From the NCBI GenBank assembly GCA_044238145.1, contig JBIIDT010000001.1, positions 15,172 through 79,171 on the forward strand: a DNA stretch of 64,000 bases, read 5' to 3'. How positions within the stretch are numbered: the stretch's first letter is position 1; every line of letters starts with the position of its first letter. The notes beneath the pieces were generated by a model. It saw only the letters and a list, made by a program, of their open reading frames with translations. It was not told the origin of the DNA and made no database searches. This DNA is from Pirellulales bacterium (GTDB taxonomy: Bacteria > Planctomycetota > Planctomycetia > Pirellulales > UBA1268). Shown piece after piece: positions 1 to 8,788 of this stretch. The position numbers and the translations under genes were made by a program.

Positions 1-681
1 GGCGTTCAGGTCGCCGAGCAGGATCACGTCGTCCTCGTCGGGCCGGGCCGCCTGCATCGCCTGGAACACGCCCGTCAGCGCGTCGAGCTCCTGCGGCACC
101 TCGTCGGGATCGGTATGGATGTTCACGAGCCAGAACGTGAACGCCATCTCGGCCGGATTGATCCGCGTCCGGAACCGGGCGTGCATCGGCGGGCGGTGCA
201 TCCGCCCCTGCGGGTCGGGGACGACGCCCAACGACGAGGGGTCGACCTCGATGCGCGTGGAGTCGTAGACGAAGGCGTACTGCTCCTTGCTCGACGTGCG
301 GCCCTCGCGGGGGCCGATGACGTGCTGGTAGCGGCTGCCGTCGGCGTTCACCGCCCGCACGAAGGCCGGCAGGATATCGTCCGACTTGGCCCGCACCTCC
401 TGGATCGCGACGACGTCGAAGTTGCGGACGACGCGGGCGAGTACCTGCACGACCTGCGGCTTCGACATCTTCGACTCGCCGAACACCTGGATGTTGAAGC
501 TGGCGACGAGGATCGCATTCCAGGGCTTGGGCACCATGCCGCCCGCGGGCGGCTGCTGGGCCGCGGCGGGGGCCGCCAGCGCGACGAGGCACGCGGCCAC
601 GACCCCGCGGACCGTGGCCGCGCAGGGGGAACGCCGGGTCGGGATGGGAAGGGAGGCCGCCACCCCCTTCGTATCGACCAT
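1..681 (-). CDS. Secreted endonuclease/exonuclease/phosphatase (DNase I-like) family protein; C-terminus cut by window edge
   Basis: Not on the ORF track because there is no stop in the window. Manual reverse-complement translation from the ATG at 679-681 gives MVDTKGVAASLPIPT..VAACLVALAAPAAAQQ (signal-like), then ILVASFNIQVFGESKMSKP..FDVVAIQEV..YAFVYD..FWLVNIHTDP..VILLGDLNA. These are typical EEP/DNase I motifs. The frame stays open to position 1. Confidence 0.8.
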   Translation of the reverse strand, partial: MVDTKGVAASLPIPTRRSPCAATVRGVVAACLVALAAPAAAQQPPAGGMVPKPWNAILVASFNIQVFGESKMSKPQVVQVLARVVRNFDVVAIQEVRAKSDDILPAFVRAVNADGSRYQHVIGPREGRTSSKEQYAFVYDSTRIEVDPSSLGVVPDPQGRMHRPPMHARFRTRINPAEMAFTFWLVNIHTDPDEVPQELDALTGVFQAMQAARPDEDDVILLGDLNA

Positions 682-772
682 TTGAGCGGCGTGGGTCTGC
701 TGAAGTCGGTGCGGAGACGGCACGCGTTGCGTCGCTGGCGGAGGTCCGCCACGCTCCGCATCCTCGCGCCGA

Positions 773-1288
773 TCACCGCACCTCGGCCGCCACGATCGCC
801 GTCAGGGCCTCGCCGGCGAGGCGGGCGAGGCGGGGATGCGCCGATGCGGCGGCGCGGGCGAGGGCCTCGCGGGCCGGGGCGGCCGCGGGGCCGACCTTGC
901 CGAGCGCCCACGCGGCACGCTCGGCGACCGCCGGATCATCCGCCCCGAGGCACAAGGCCAGCGTGGGCACCGCCGCCGCCGCAGACTGCCCAGACCGACC
1001 GAGGAGCGTGACGGCCCAGTAGGCCACGAGCGGATCCTGGCCGGCGGCGAGGTCGGCGAGACACGGCGTCGCGCCGGCCGGCGGCGGCCCGAGTTCCTCC
1101 AGCGCCGCCACCGACCACTCGCGGACCTGGTCGTCCGCGTCGCCGCAGGCCCGCACAAGATCGACGGCCGCGGCCGCGGCCGCGGAGCCCAGCCGGCAGA
1201 GCCGCTCGGCCGCGTCGGCCCGCAGCGCCGCGTCGGCGTCGGTCAGTCGAGTGACGAGGGTGTCGAGATCGGGGGTCGTGTCGGCCAT
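773..1288 (-). CDS. HEAT-repeat (PBS-lyase-like) protein
   Basis: ORF 773..1327. Preferred start is MADTTPDL at 1288, preceded by GGGAG. Ala/Leu-rich repeats of the form AAxxLxxLGxxA..AVPxL match the HEAT/PBS-lyase pattern. Confidence 0.55.
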   Translation of the reverse strand: MADTTPDLDTLVTRLTDADAALRADAAERLCRLGSAAAAAAVDLVRACGDADDQVREWSVAALEELGPPPAGATPCLADLAAGQDPLVAYWAVTLLGRSGQSAAAAVPTLALCLGADDPAVAERAAWALGKVGPAAAPAREALARAAASAHPRLARLAGEALTAIVAAEVR

Positions 1289-1310
1289 GGGTGGCTCCCG
1301 CCGATCGCGT

Positions 1311-2312
1311 TCAGTGCAGCCGCTCACGGGCCGACGCGGCCCACGGGCTGTCCGGCGCCAGTTCGAGGAAGGTCCGCAGGTGGTGGCGGGATTCGGCCGA
1401 GCGGCCGACCTCCGCCAGCACGCCCGCCGTGTGCCAGTGCGCGTCGGCGTAGTCGGGCTCCTGCCGTAGGACGCCTTCGAGAGCGGCCAGGGCCAGTTCG
1501 TGTTCGCCGAGCTCCGCGAGCACGCAGCCCAGACTGGTCCGCGCCCGGAGGTGTTCCGGATCGATCTCGATCGTCGCGTAGTACCGCTCGCGGGCCGCCG
1601 TCAGGTCGCCGGACCGGTAGAGCAGTTCGGCGAGCGTGAACATCACCGTTGCCGTCGGCCCCTGGGCCTGGAGCACCGCGCGGACGGCCTCGGCCGCCTC
1701 GGCGAACTCGCCCGCCGCCTCGAGGTCGTCGGCGAGATCGAGGATCTCGGCGACCTCGCCGGCGGCCCGCGCCGGGGCCATGGCGTCCGCCGCGGCCGGC
1801 TCGTCGGGGGGCCAGCCCGGCACGATGGCCGGCAGCGCCTCCCGCCCCGGGGCGTCGCGGTCGAGCCGGTCGGTGTAGAAGGAAAACTGTAGCTGGCCCC
1901 CGGCGCCCAGCAGCCGCCCGTCGGCGCGGATGCTCAGGCGGCGGCCGTCGGCCACGATCCGCTCGGCGACCCGTGCCGCCGCGGGACCGCCGCCCGGGGC
2001 CAGGTCGGCGAGCTTGGCGTCGATCTCCCGCAGCGAGAGGCCGCCGGCGAGCAGCCGCGCCAGGTGGCGGCCGACGACGAGCTGCGGGAAGTCGAACCAC
2101 TCGAGCGATCCGGCCCGGCGCACGGGCTCGAGGAGGCCGCCGCGGGTCCAGTGCCGGACCGCCGCCGCCGGGACGCCGAGCACCGCGGCGATCAGCTCCG
2201 CGGAGTAGAGCCGATGAACGCCGGATCCTTCGGGGCCGGCATCCGGCGCCTCCGGCCCGTCGACCACGACGGGTGAAGCAGGTGAGCGGTCGTCCTTGAC
2301 CTTGCCGGCCAT
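1311..2312 (-). CDS. MerR-type HTH domain protein with C-terminal TPR repeats
   Basis: The N-terminus LYSAELIAAVLGVPAAAVRHWTRGGLL is MerR-like HTH. The C-terminal half (AEAVRAVLQ..LAELLYRSGDLTAARERYYATIEIDPEHLRARTSLGCVLAELGEHELALAALEGVLRQEPDYADAHWH) is TPR-like. Confidence 0.6.
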   Translation of the reverse strand: MAGKVKDDRSPASPVVVDGPEAPDAGPEGSGVHRLYSAELIAAVLGVPAAAVRHWTRGGLLEPVRRAGSLEWFDFPQLVVGRHLARLLAGGLSLREIDAKLADLAPGGGPAAARVAERIVADGRRLSIRADGRLLGAGGQLQFSFYTDRLDRDAPGREALPAIVPGWPPDEPAAADAMAPARAAGEVAEILDLADDLEAAGEFAEAAEAVRAVLQAQGPTATVMFTLAELLYRSGDLTAARERYYATIEIDPEHLRARTSLGCVLAELGEHELALAALEGVLRQEPDYADAHWHTAGVLAEVGRSAESRHHLRTFLELAPDSPWAASARERLH

Positions 2313-2387
2313 GCGTGGCGGTCCGAGAAGCGCGTCGAGACGGCGGGAATGTACCCGCCGCGCTCCCCGCTGCCAATCGACGGCGGG

Positions 2388-3275
2388 TCAGTCGGGGAAT
2401 TTCCGGCTGCGGACCGCCTCGCGCGGAAAGTCCTCGGGCACCGGCAGCGACACCGTGCCCGTCGCGGCCCATTCGGTGCCGCGCTGGAAGGTCGTCATGA
2501 AGCCGACGCACTCCATCGAGTAGTCGCCGTGCCCCATCGGCGTGTGGAACACGCGGCCCTTGCCGTAGTCGATCGTCATGATCATCGGCTCGTGGCGGCC
2601 GGTCTTCGCGGAGTGGGCCGTGGCCAGCACCCGCATGTTCACGGCGGGGCCGCGGAGGCTGTCGTAGAGCTCGTCCTTGGCGTGCATCCACCGGGACGGC
2701 ATGCCCTTGGTGATGGGGTGCTCGCCGTCACGGATCACGACCGGAAACTCGGTCTGCGGCCCGTGGCTGCCGCCGGGCCCCGGCGACTCGTCGCGGACGA
2801 GCTTCCCCGCGTCGTCGTAGAAGACGTAGGGGCCGCTCTTCTCGTTGCGGCCCCCCCAGCCGCCGAGGCCGATCATCTCGTTGAAGGCCGGCCAGTCGGG
2901 GAACGAGTTGTCGGCGGCATGCACGACCACGAGGCCGCCGCCGCCGCGGACGTAGTCCTCGAGCGCCGCCCTGGTCGCGGCGGGCCAGGGCGCCGCGGCG
3001 TGGCCGAAGTTGCTGACCACGACCGCGTAGTCGGCGAACCGCGGCTTGAAATCCGGGTCCTCGCCCTTGGGGGCGTGGGTCACGACGTCGACGCGGAACC
3101 GCCCCGTGTCCTCGAGAAACGTCCGCATCATGCGGCTGGTCTTCGGCCAGATGGCGTGATTGTTCTGGCCGTCGACGATCAACGCCGCGAGCGGTTCCGC
3201 GGCGCGGGCTGGGTTCATCGTGGCGCTCGCCAGCGGCAGGACGACGAGAAAGGCGAGCAGACGGATCGACAGCAT
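2388..3275 (-). CDS. ThuA domain-containing protein, secreted
   Basis: ORF 2388..3404. Start chosen at MLSIRLLAFLVVLPLASA (signal peptide, ATG at 3275). Body motifs ALIVDGQNNH..YAVVVSNF..GGGLVVVHAADNSF..TKGMP.W..DELY..HTPMGH are typical ThuA. Confidence 0.75.
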   Translation of the reverse strand: MLSIRLLAFLVVLPLASATMNPARAAEPLAALIVDGQNNHAIWPKTSRMMRTFLEDTGRFRVDVVTHAPKGEDPDFKPRFADYAVVVSNFGHAAAPWPAATRAALEDYVRGGGGLVVVHAADNSFPDWPAFNEMIGLGGWGGRNEKSGPYVFYDDAGKLVRDESPGPGGSHGPQTEFPVVIRDGEHPITKGMPSRWMHAKDELYDSLRGPAVNMRVLATAHSAKTGRHEPMIMTIDYGKGRVFHTPMGHGDYSMECVGFMTTFQRGTEWAATGTVSLPVPEDFPREAVRSRKFPD

Positions 3276-3375
3276 GGTGGCGGTCTCCGAGAACGCAAGG
3301 CGACGACAGGACGATCTTCGCACGGGTTTATGGTATCCTCCCCATCCCGTCACCGTCTCTCTGGAACTCCGGGGC

Positions 3376-3966
3376 ATGTCCGGTTCCGCCGCGGAACAGT
3401 TCAATCCCTACGCCGCACCCGGATCATCCGGGAGCCTGTCGGCCGGCGTTCCAGCCGCCGCCGGTGGCCCGCTGTGGCGCGACGGCCGGTTGCTCGTGAT
3501 GCACACGACCGGAACCCTGCCGGACGTGTGCGTGGTCTGCAACGCACCGGCCCACGGTGCGACACTGCGACGGAAGCTGTATTGGCATTCTCCGTGGTGG
3601 TACCTGATGCTGCTCGTCAACGTGCTGCTGTACATCGTCGTGGCCCTCATCGTCCGCAGGCAGGCCGACGTCCACGTCGGGCTGTGTGCCGCGCACGGCA
3701 GGCGACGCCGCCGGTGGATCGCCGCCGCCTGGTCGCTGTTTGCCGGGGCCGTGGCCCTCCCCGGGCTGCTCCTGGCGTTCGCCGAAGACTACACGCTCGT
3801 CGGCGTGGCGATCATGGTGCCGATGCTCTTGATCGCCGCGATCGTGGGCATCGTCGGCGGACGGGTCGTAACCGCCCGCCGGATCCAGCAGCCGTTCGTG
3901 TGGATCGCGGGCGTGACGCCGAAACTTCTCGCCCCGCTGCCCGCATGGCCGGGGCTGCCGTCCTGA
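3376..3966 (+). CDS. Hypothetical membrane protein (Cys-pair N-domain plus about 3 TM helices)
   Basis: In-frame ATG at 3376 inside ORF 3160..3966. Sequence MSGSAAEQFNPYAAP..DVCVVCNAPAH..LYWHSPWWYLMLLVNVLLYIVVALIV..GLCAAHG. Hydrophobic helices follow. GC3-rich codon usage matches neighbouring genes. Confidence 0.5.
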   Translation: MSGSAAEQFNPYAAPGSSGSLSAGVPAAAGGPLWRDGRLLVMHTTGTLPDVCVVCNAPAHGATLRRKLYWHSPWWYLMLLVNVLLYIVVALIVRRQADVHVGLCAAHGRRRRRWIAAAWSLFAGAVALPGLLLAFAEDYTLVGVAIMVPMLLIAAIVGIVGGRVVTARRIQQPFVWIAGVTPKLLAPLPAWPGLPS

Positions 3967-4005
3967 AGAGGACGTGGGGTGGCATCGATTCGCGGCGACC
4001 GGCCG

Positions 4006-5676
4006 TCAGGTCGTGTGCTCGGCGGCGGGCCGTCCGAGCCAGGGGCGGCCGGAGGTCTCGGCGGCGGGCAGGTCTCGCGTGTCGCTGGCCGGCGGCGGCG
4101 GGTAGACGCTCGGGCCGGTCGGGGCGACCGTCGGCTCCGGGGCGGGCGCGGCGGCAGCCGACGGCTCCTTGGCGGCCGGTGCGGGGATCGCCTCGACCTT
4201 CTGCAGGGACGGCGCGGCGGCCGACTCGACGGCCGGCTTCTCGGCGCGGTGGGCCCCGGCCTGTTCGGGATCGACGTGCTTGAGGTCCGAACCACCCCAG
4301 CCCGCGGCCGCCGGCGGCGCGTCGGCCGGCTTGTCGCTGCTGAACGTCTTGCGGGCGGCGGCCTCGGTGGGTGCCAGTGCGGGTGCGGCCGACGCGGCCG
4401 CGGGCCGGGCGGCGGCGGCGGGCGTCGCCGGGGCGGCCGGCAGCGGATTGCCGCACGGGTCGAGCGGCACCTTCGTGACGACGACCCGCGGCGAGCGGAC
4501 CGTGTAGGTGTGGGGCGTCTTCTTCTCGACGACCCGCGGCACCTGCATGCTCCGCTCCTCCGTGACGTACTTCATGACCTGCACCTGCACCGGCTCGACC
4601 TTTTCCTCGGTGACGTACCGGCAGACCTGGAAGGCCACCTGCCGGACCTGCTCCTCCGGAACCATCTTGCAGACGGTCACCGGCACCTTGTTGTCGACCC
4701 GCTCCACGACCTTGCGGACGGTCTGCACCGGCACCTGGCGGACGGCTGTCTCGGCGACCATCCGTGTGGTCTGCACCGGGACCTGCGTGACCACCTGCTC
4801 GTCGACGTAGCGCATGGTCTGCACCGGCACCTTCTGGGTGACGACCCGGTTGACCATCGTCGTCTCCGCCACCTGCACCGGCGTGTAGGTCGGCTGGTAG
4901 ACGCGGTTGACCTGGTTGACGACCGTGCCCGGCGTCATCGTCCAGACGTAGCCGCCTCGCTGCCAGACGGCGAGGCCCGTGTACGGGTCGACGGCCCAGC
5001 CGCCGGGCGCCCAGCCGAGGCCGGTGCTGCCGGGGGTGACCACGGGCGTGACGGTGTCGACGGCCTGGCTGCCGACCGAGTAGGCCGTCCGCATCTGCGT
5101 GACCGGCTCCTGGACGGTGTAGGCCTGCTCCCGCTCGCTCGTCTCGTAGACCGGCTTGCGGACGGTCTGCACCTGCTGCTGCATCACCGTCTCGGTGACG
5201 GGCCGCATCACGGTGTACTGCTCGTCGCGGGTCGCCGTCTCGACCACGTCGCGGGTCACGTCGTAGCTGCGGTCCTCGATCACCGTCTCGTAGACGGGCT
5301 TCATGACGGTGTACCGCTCGTCACGGGTCTGCGTCTCCCACACCGGCCGCTGCACGGTGTAGCGACGCTCCTGCGTCTGCGTCTCCCACACCGGCTTCTG
5401 CACCGTGTAGGTCTTGGTGTCGTAGACGGTCTCGTAGGTGACCCGCTCGACGGTCACCTGCCGGTCGTCGTAGACCGTCTGGTAGTCGAGGCGGTAGGTC
5501 TGCACGGGGACGGCCGCGGCCGCGGGCGCGGCGGCACAGCCGCACTCGGCGCGGGCGGAAGGCAGTGCGGTGGCCTGGAAGGGCAGCGACTGCGGGGCGA
5601 CGACGAGAAGGGCGGCGGCGAACGCCTGGAACCGCCGCAGAGTGCTCGAGCGCGAAAGAACGCCGAACCGGGTCAT
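4006..5676 (-). CDS. Secreted YTV-repeat protein with Ala/Pro-rich C-terminal tail
   Basis: 556 aa with an N-terminal signal-like segment. There are dozens of degenerate repeats such as YTVQKPVWETQTQERR / YTVQRPVWETQTRDER / YTVMKPVYETV / YTVMRPVTETV / PVQT.R.V. The tail is A/P-rich. Confidence 0.8.
   Translation of the reverse strand: MTRFGVLSRSSTLRRFQAFAAALLVVAPQSLPFQATALPSARAECGCAAAPAAAAVPVQTYRLDYQTVYDDRQVTVERVTYETVYDTKTYTVQKPVWETQTQERRYTVQRPVWETQTRDERYTVMKPVYETVIEDRSYDVTRDVVETATRDEQYTVMRPVTETVMQQQVQTVRKPVYETSEREQAYTVQEPVTQMRTAYSVGSQAVDTVTPVVTPGSTGLGWAPGGWAVDPYTGLAVWQRGGYVWTMTPGTVVNQVNRVYQPTYTPVQVAETTMVNRVVTQKVPVQTMRYVDEQVVTQVPVQTTRMVAETAVRQVPVQTVRKVVERVDNKVPVTVCKMVPEEQVRQVAFQVCRYVTEEKVEPVQVQVMKYVTEERSMQVPRVVEKKTPHTYTVRSPRVVVTKVPLDPCGNPLPAAPATPAAAARPAAASAAPALAPTEAAARKTFSSDKPADAPPAAAGWGGSDLKHVDPEQAGAHRAEKPAVESAAAPSLQKVEAIPAPAAKEPSAAAAPAPEPTVAPTGPSVYPPPPASDTRDLPAAETSGRPWLGRPAAEHTT
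4494..5499 (-). repeat. Degenerate in-frame tandem repeats (YTV / PV.ET / VPVQT units) inside the CDS
   Basis: Periodic recurrence of acggtgta / gtctcccacaccgg-type units. Two near-identical adjacent units lie at about 5320-5410. Boundaries are approximate. Confidence 0.6.
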
Positions 5677-5957
5677 GATTGCTCTCCTGGAAAAGACCCT
5701 TCGAGACTAATCCGGTCTACGCGGGCCACAAGCGGCTCGTTGAGGAAAAATCGAGGTTTTTACCCGGGATTTGGCCCGCCTCGGCGGCACGAGCGTTGCA
5801 ACCGGTCCATCTTACGGGCCCGGGAAAGCGTCATCCGTCGCCGGCCGGAAGGCTGCGCAAACGGCGGAGGCGGCGGGATGCCGCCGGACGCGACGTGCCG
5901 CGGATTCACGCGCGTCGCAGGCGCCCGTGCGCGGTGGACACTTCCCGCTGCGCGCGA

Positions 5958-6476
5958 TCAGAACATCTTCTCGAGGAGCCGGCGGCTCGTGCCGTCGAGC
6001 GCGTCGATGTCGGGGATCAGGTAGCGGATGCCGTGCGTGTCGGTGACGAAGGCCACGCCGTCGGCCTGCCGGACGACGTCGTCCACGTGGCCGACCTTGA
6101 AGCGGTGCAGGCCGCGGTCGGTGGCCACCGTCCACTCGGCCGGCTCGCCGTCGGACACCGCCGCGATCCGCTCGATCACCGGGAGGAACTCCCGCTCGGC
6201 GAGCTCCCGCTCCACGAGCGACCGCAGCGGATCGGCGACCTCGGCCAACGCCGCGATCCAGGCGAGTTCGCCGCCGTCGGCGTCGACGATCGCCACCGGG
6301 CCGCGGGGCGCCGACACGGGGAAGGCCCGCAGCACGTCGACGTCCTCGTGCCGCACGCCCACCGCCGAGACGAAGGCCAGTCGGCCATGGGCGTGCCGCT
6401 CGAGCACCCAGCCCTTGGGCGATCTCCCCTGCGTCGCTTGCTCGGCGCGATCGTGATCGTTCATCCGGTGCTCCAC
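5958..6476 (-). CDS. DUF1854-like protein (cyanophycin-metabolism-associated family)
   Basis: 172 aa; alternative start at 6464. Begins 5 nt after the stop of the upstream ABC gene on the same strand. Sequence LRAFPVSAP..PVAIVDADGGELAWI..LPVIERI..WTVATDRG..F..FVTDTHGIRYLIPD resembles DUF1854 from memory. The gene context (ABC transporter plus cphA) fits. Confidence 0.65.
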   Translation of the reverse strand: MEHRMNDHDRAEQATQGRSPKGWVLERHAHGRLAFVSAVGVRHEDVDVLRAFPVSAPRGPVAIVDADGGELAWIAALAEVADPLRSLVERELAEREFLPVIERIAAVSDGEPAEWTVATDRGLHRFKVGHVDDVVRQADGVAFVTDTHGIRYLIPDIDALDGTSRRLLEKMF

Positions 6477-6481
6477 GGGCG

Positions 6482-8788
6482 TTAGTCGGCGGCCGCCGCG
6501 GTCTCCTCCGCGGCCTTCAGCTGGGCGCGGTACAGCCGGGCATAGGCCCCGTCAGCGGCGAGCAGGTCGTCGTGCGTGCCGATCTCGACGATCCGGCCGG
6601 CCTCGAGCACGACGAGTCGGTCGGCCCGGCGGAGCGTCGAGAGGCGGTGGGCGATGGCGATCGTCGTGCGGCCCACGACCAGCCGGTCGATGGCCGCCTG
6701 GATGATCGCCTCGGTCTCCACGTCGACGGCCGACGTGGCCTCGTCGAGCACGAGGATCCGCGGGTCGACGAGGAGCGCCCGGGCGATCGACAGCCGCTGC
6801 CGCTCGCCGCCGGAGAGGGATCCGCCCCGCTCGCCCACCCGCGTGTCGTAGGCCAGAGGCTGGGCGAGGATGAAGTCGTGGGCCCCGGCGGCCCGGGCGG
6901 CCTCCACGATCCGCTCGCGGGCGGCGTCGGGACGGCCGTAGGCGATGTTCTCGGCGATCGTGCCGAAAAACAGGAACGGCTCCTGCAGCACGCAGCCGAG
7001 GTTGCGGTGGTAGTCGGCGATGGCGAGGTCGCGGAGATCGACGCCGTCGACCTTGATCGAGCCGCTGGAGGGGTCGTAGAAGCGGCACACCAGGTTGGCG
7101 AGCGTCGACTTGCCCGAGCCGCTGGTGCCCACGAGGCCGATCATCTCGCCGGGCTCGATCGTGAGGTTCACGCCATGCAGCACCTCGCGGGCGCCGTAGC
7201 GGAAGTGCACGTCGGCGATCTCGATCCGACCGCGCACGCGGCCCGGCCGCATCGGCTCGGCGGCTTCGGCCACCGTCGGCTTGCAGTCGAGGATCTCGAA
7301 GATCCGCTGGGCGCTGGCGGCCGCCCGCTGCGTGGCCGGCACCATGCGGATCATCGACTCCACGCGGCCGTAGAACCGGGCGATGTAGGCGAGGAAGGCC
7401 GTCAGGCCGCCGACGGTGACCGAGCCGCCGAATACGAGCCACGCCCCCGCCGCCCAGACGACGAGCAGCCCGACCTCGCTGAACAGCGCGAACAGCGGAC
7501 CGCAGAACGACCAGATCACGTTGACGCGGTCGTTGGCGTCGAGCACGCGGTCGTTGGCCGCGACGAAGCGGTCGATCTCCCGCGACTCCTGGGCGAAGGC
7601 CTTGACCACGCGGATGCCGGGGATCGTGTCGGCCAGCACGCTCGTCATGTCGCCCCAGGCGACGCTGGCCCGGGAGAAGCCCTGGCGAAGCCGCTCGCGG
7701 ACGGCGTACACGAGCCAGACGACGAATGGGAAGGGCACGAGCGTCAGGGCCGCGAGCGTGGGGTTGAGCCACAGGAGCACCGCCGCCGTGAGGGCCAGGA
7801 GCATGACGTTCGAGGCGAACTCGATGAGGTTCACCGACAGGAAGATGTTGAGCTTGTCGGTGTCGCTGCCCACCCGGGCGATCAGGTCGCCGGTCCGCTT
7901 CGTCTGGAAGAAGTCGAGCGACAGCGACTGGATGTGGGCGTAGGTCCTGGTCCGCAGGCCGGCCGCGATCCGTTCGCTGACCCAGGCGAGCGTCCAGGTC
8001 TGGGCCCAGGAGAGCAGCCAGGCCGCGACGGCCGCGAGCGTCAGGCCGCCGAGATACCACCACACGGTGGAGAACGGGATCGCGGCGCCGTTCTGGCGCG
8101 GGATGAGCACCTGGTCGACGAGCGGCATCGTCAGGTAGGGCGGCACGAGGGCCGCGGTGGTGCTCGCCAGCGAGAGCACGCCGCCGAGGATCGCCATCCC
8201 GGCGTGCGGCCGGGCGAACGACAGCACCCGGGCGAGCGCCCGCCACGATGCCGCCCCCGCCGGCTGCGGGAAGTCGTCGTCGCCCCGCGCGGAGGCGGCC
8301 GCGGGTCGCCGTTCCTCGGCGGGCTGCTCCGCGGCCGGCGGCTTGCGCCCCGCGCGGCCGCCGCGGCCGGCGGTCGCGGCCTGGGCCCGCAGTGCCGCCG
8401 ACTGGGAGTCGAAGGCGTCCTCGAGGGCGTGGGCGCCCTTCGCCCGGGCCGACGTGAACAGCCAGCGGGCCACCACGCGGCCGTGCCGCGCCAATTCGAT
8501 GCGGCCGACGGCCGCCCGCATCCGCACGTCCACATGGGTGTCGGCATCGAGCGGCCACGACCGCGGCCCGCCCTCCGCGCCGCCGTCGGCCGACGCCGGC
8601 TCGTCGGCGATCACCCGGCTGTCGGTGAGCACGATCCATCCATCGGTGAAGCGCAGGCGGCCGTCGAGATCGAACCGGCAGGCGGCGATGACCCGCTCCG
8701 TCGGGGCGAGTTCGACCCCCGACTTCCAGGGCAGGGACGGGGAGTCGCCCGAACGGGCGGCGGCGGTGCTGGCTGCGCTGGCGGTCAT
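6482..8788 (-). CDS. ABC transporter, fused permease/ATPase (exporter type) with a roughly 190-aa N-terminal extension
   Basis: ORF 6482..8869; start taken at MTASAAST (8788). Six-TM exporter domain. Walker A GTSGSGKST, signature LSGGERQR and Walker B ILVLDEATSAVD are present. The N-terminal region (RFDLDGRLRFTDGWIVLTDSRVIADE..GRIELARHGRVVARWLF) looks like a bacterial PH-like module. Confidence 0.85.
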   Translation of the reverse strand: MTASAASTAAARSGDSPSLPWKSGVELAPTERVIAACRFDLDGRLRFTDGWIVLTDSRVIADEPASADGGAEGGPRSWPLDADTHVDVRMRAAVGRIELARHGRVVARWLFTSARAKGAHALEDAFDSQSAALRAQAATAGRGGRAGRKPPAAEQPAEERRPAAASARGDDDFPQPAGAASWRALARVLSFARPHAGMAILGGVLSLASTTAALVPPYLTMPLVDQVLIPRQNGAAIPFSTVWWYLGGLTLAAVAAWLLSWAQTWTLAWVSERIAAGLRTRTYAHIQSLSLDFFQTKRTGDLIARVGSDTDKLNIFLSVNLIEFASNVMLLALTAAVLLWLNPTLAALTLVPFPFVVWLVYAVRERLRQGFSRASVAWGDMTSVLADTIPGIRVVKAFAQESREIDRFVAANDRVLDANDRVNVIWSFCGPLFALFSEVGLLVVWAAGAWLVFGGSVTVGGLTAFLAYIARFYGRVESMIRMVPATQRAAASAQRIFEILDCKPTVAEAAEPMRPGRVRGRIEIADVHFRYGAREVLHGVNLTIEPGEMIGLVGTSGSGKSTLANLVCRFYDPSSGSIKVDGVDLRDLAIADYHRNLGCVLQEPFLFFGTIAENIAYGRPDAARERIVEAARAAGAHDFILAQPLAYDTRVGERGGSLSGGERQRLSIARALLVDPRILVLDEATSAVDVETEAIIQAAIDRLVVGRTTIAIAHRLSTLRRADRLVVLEAGRIVEIGTHDDLLAADGAYARLYRAQLKAAEETAAAAD

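Noticed and set aside
115-1011. 298-aa plus-strand ORF (and 348..911 minus strand) at the left edge
   Set aside because: Extremely Arg/Gly/Pro-rich and low in complexity. It lies opposite to or out of frame with a motif-rich EEP nuclease and a HEAT-repeat gene, and is typical of off-frame ORFs in high-GC DNA.
1324-2691. 455-aa minus-strand ORF, and 2349..4283 plus-strand 644-aa ORF
   Set aside because: R/P/G-rich nonsense translations. They overlap the well-supported MerR/TPR, ThuA and membrane-protein frames.
3979-6024. 681-aa plus-strand ORF antisense to the YTV-repeat gene
   Set aside because: The product is a monotonous H/L/R/D/G repeat created by the reverse complement of the YTV repeats. 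The sense frame has a signal peptide and a recognisable repeat family.
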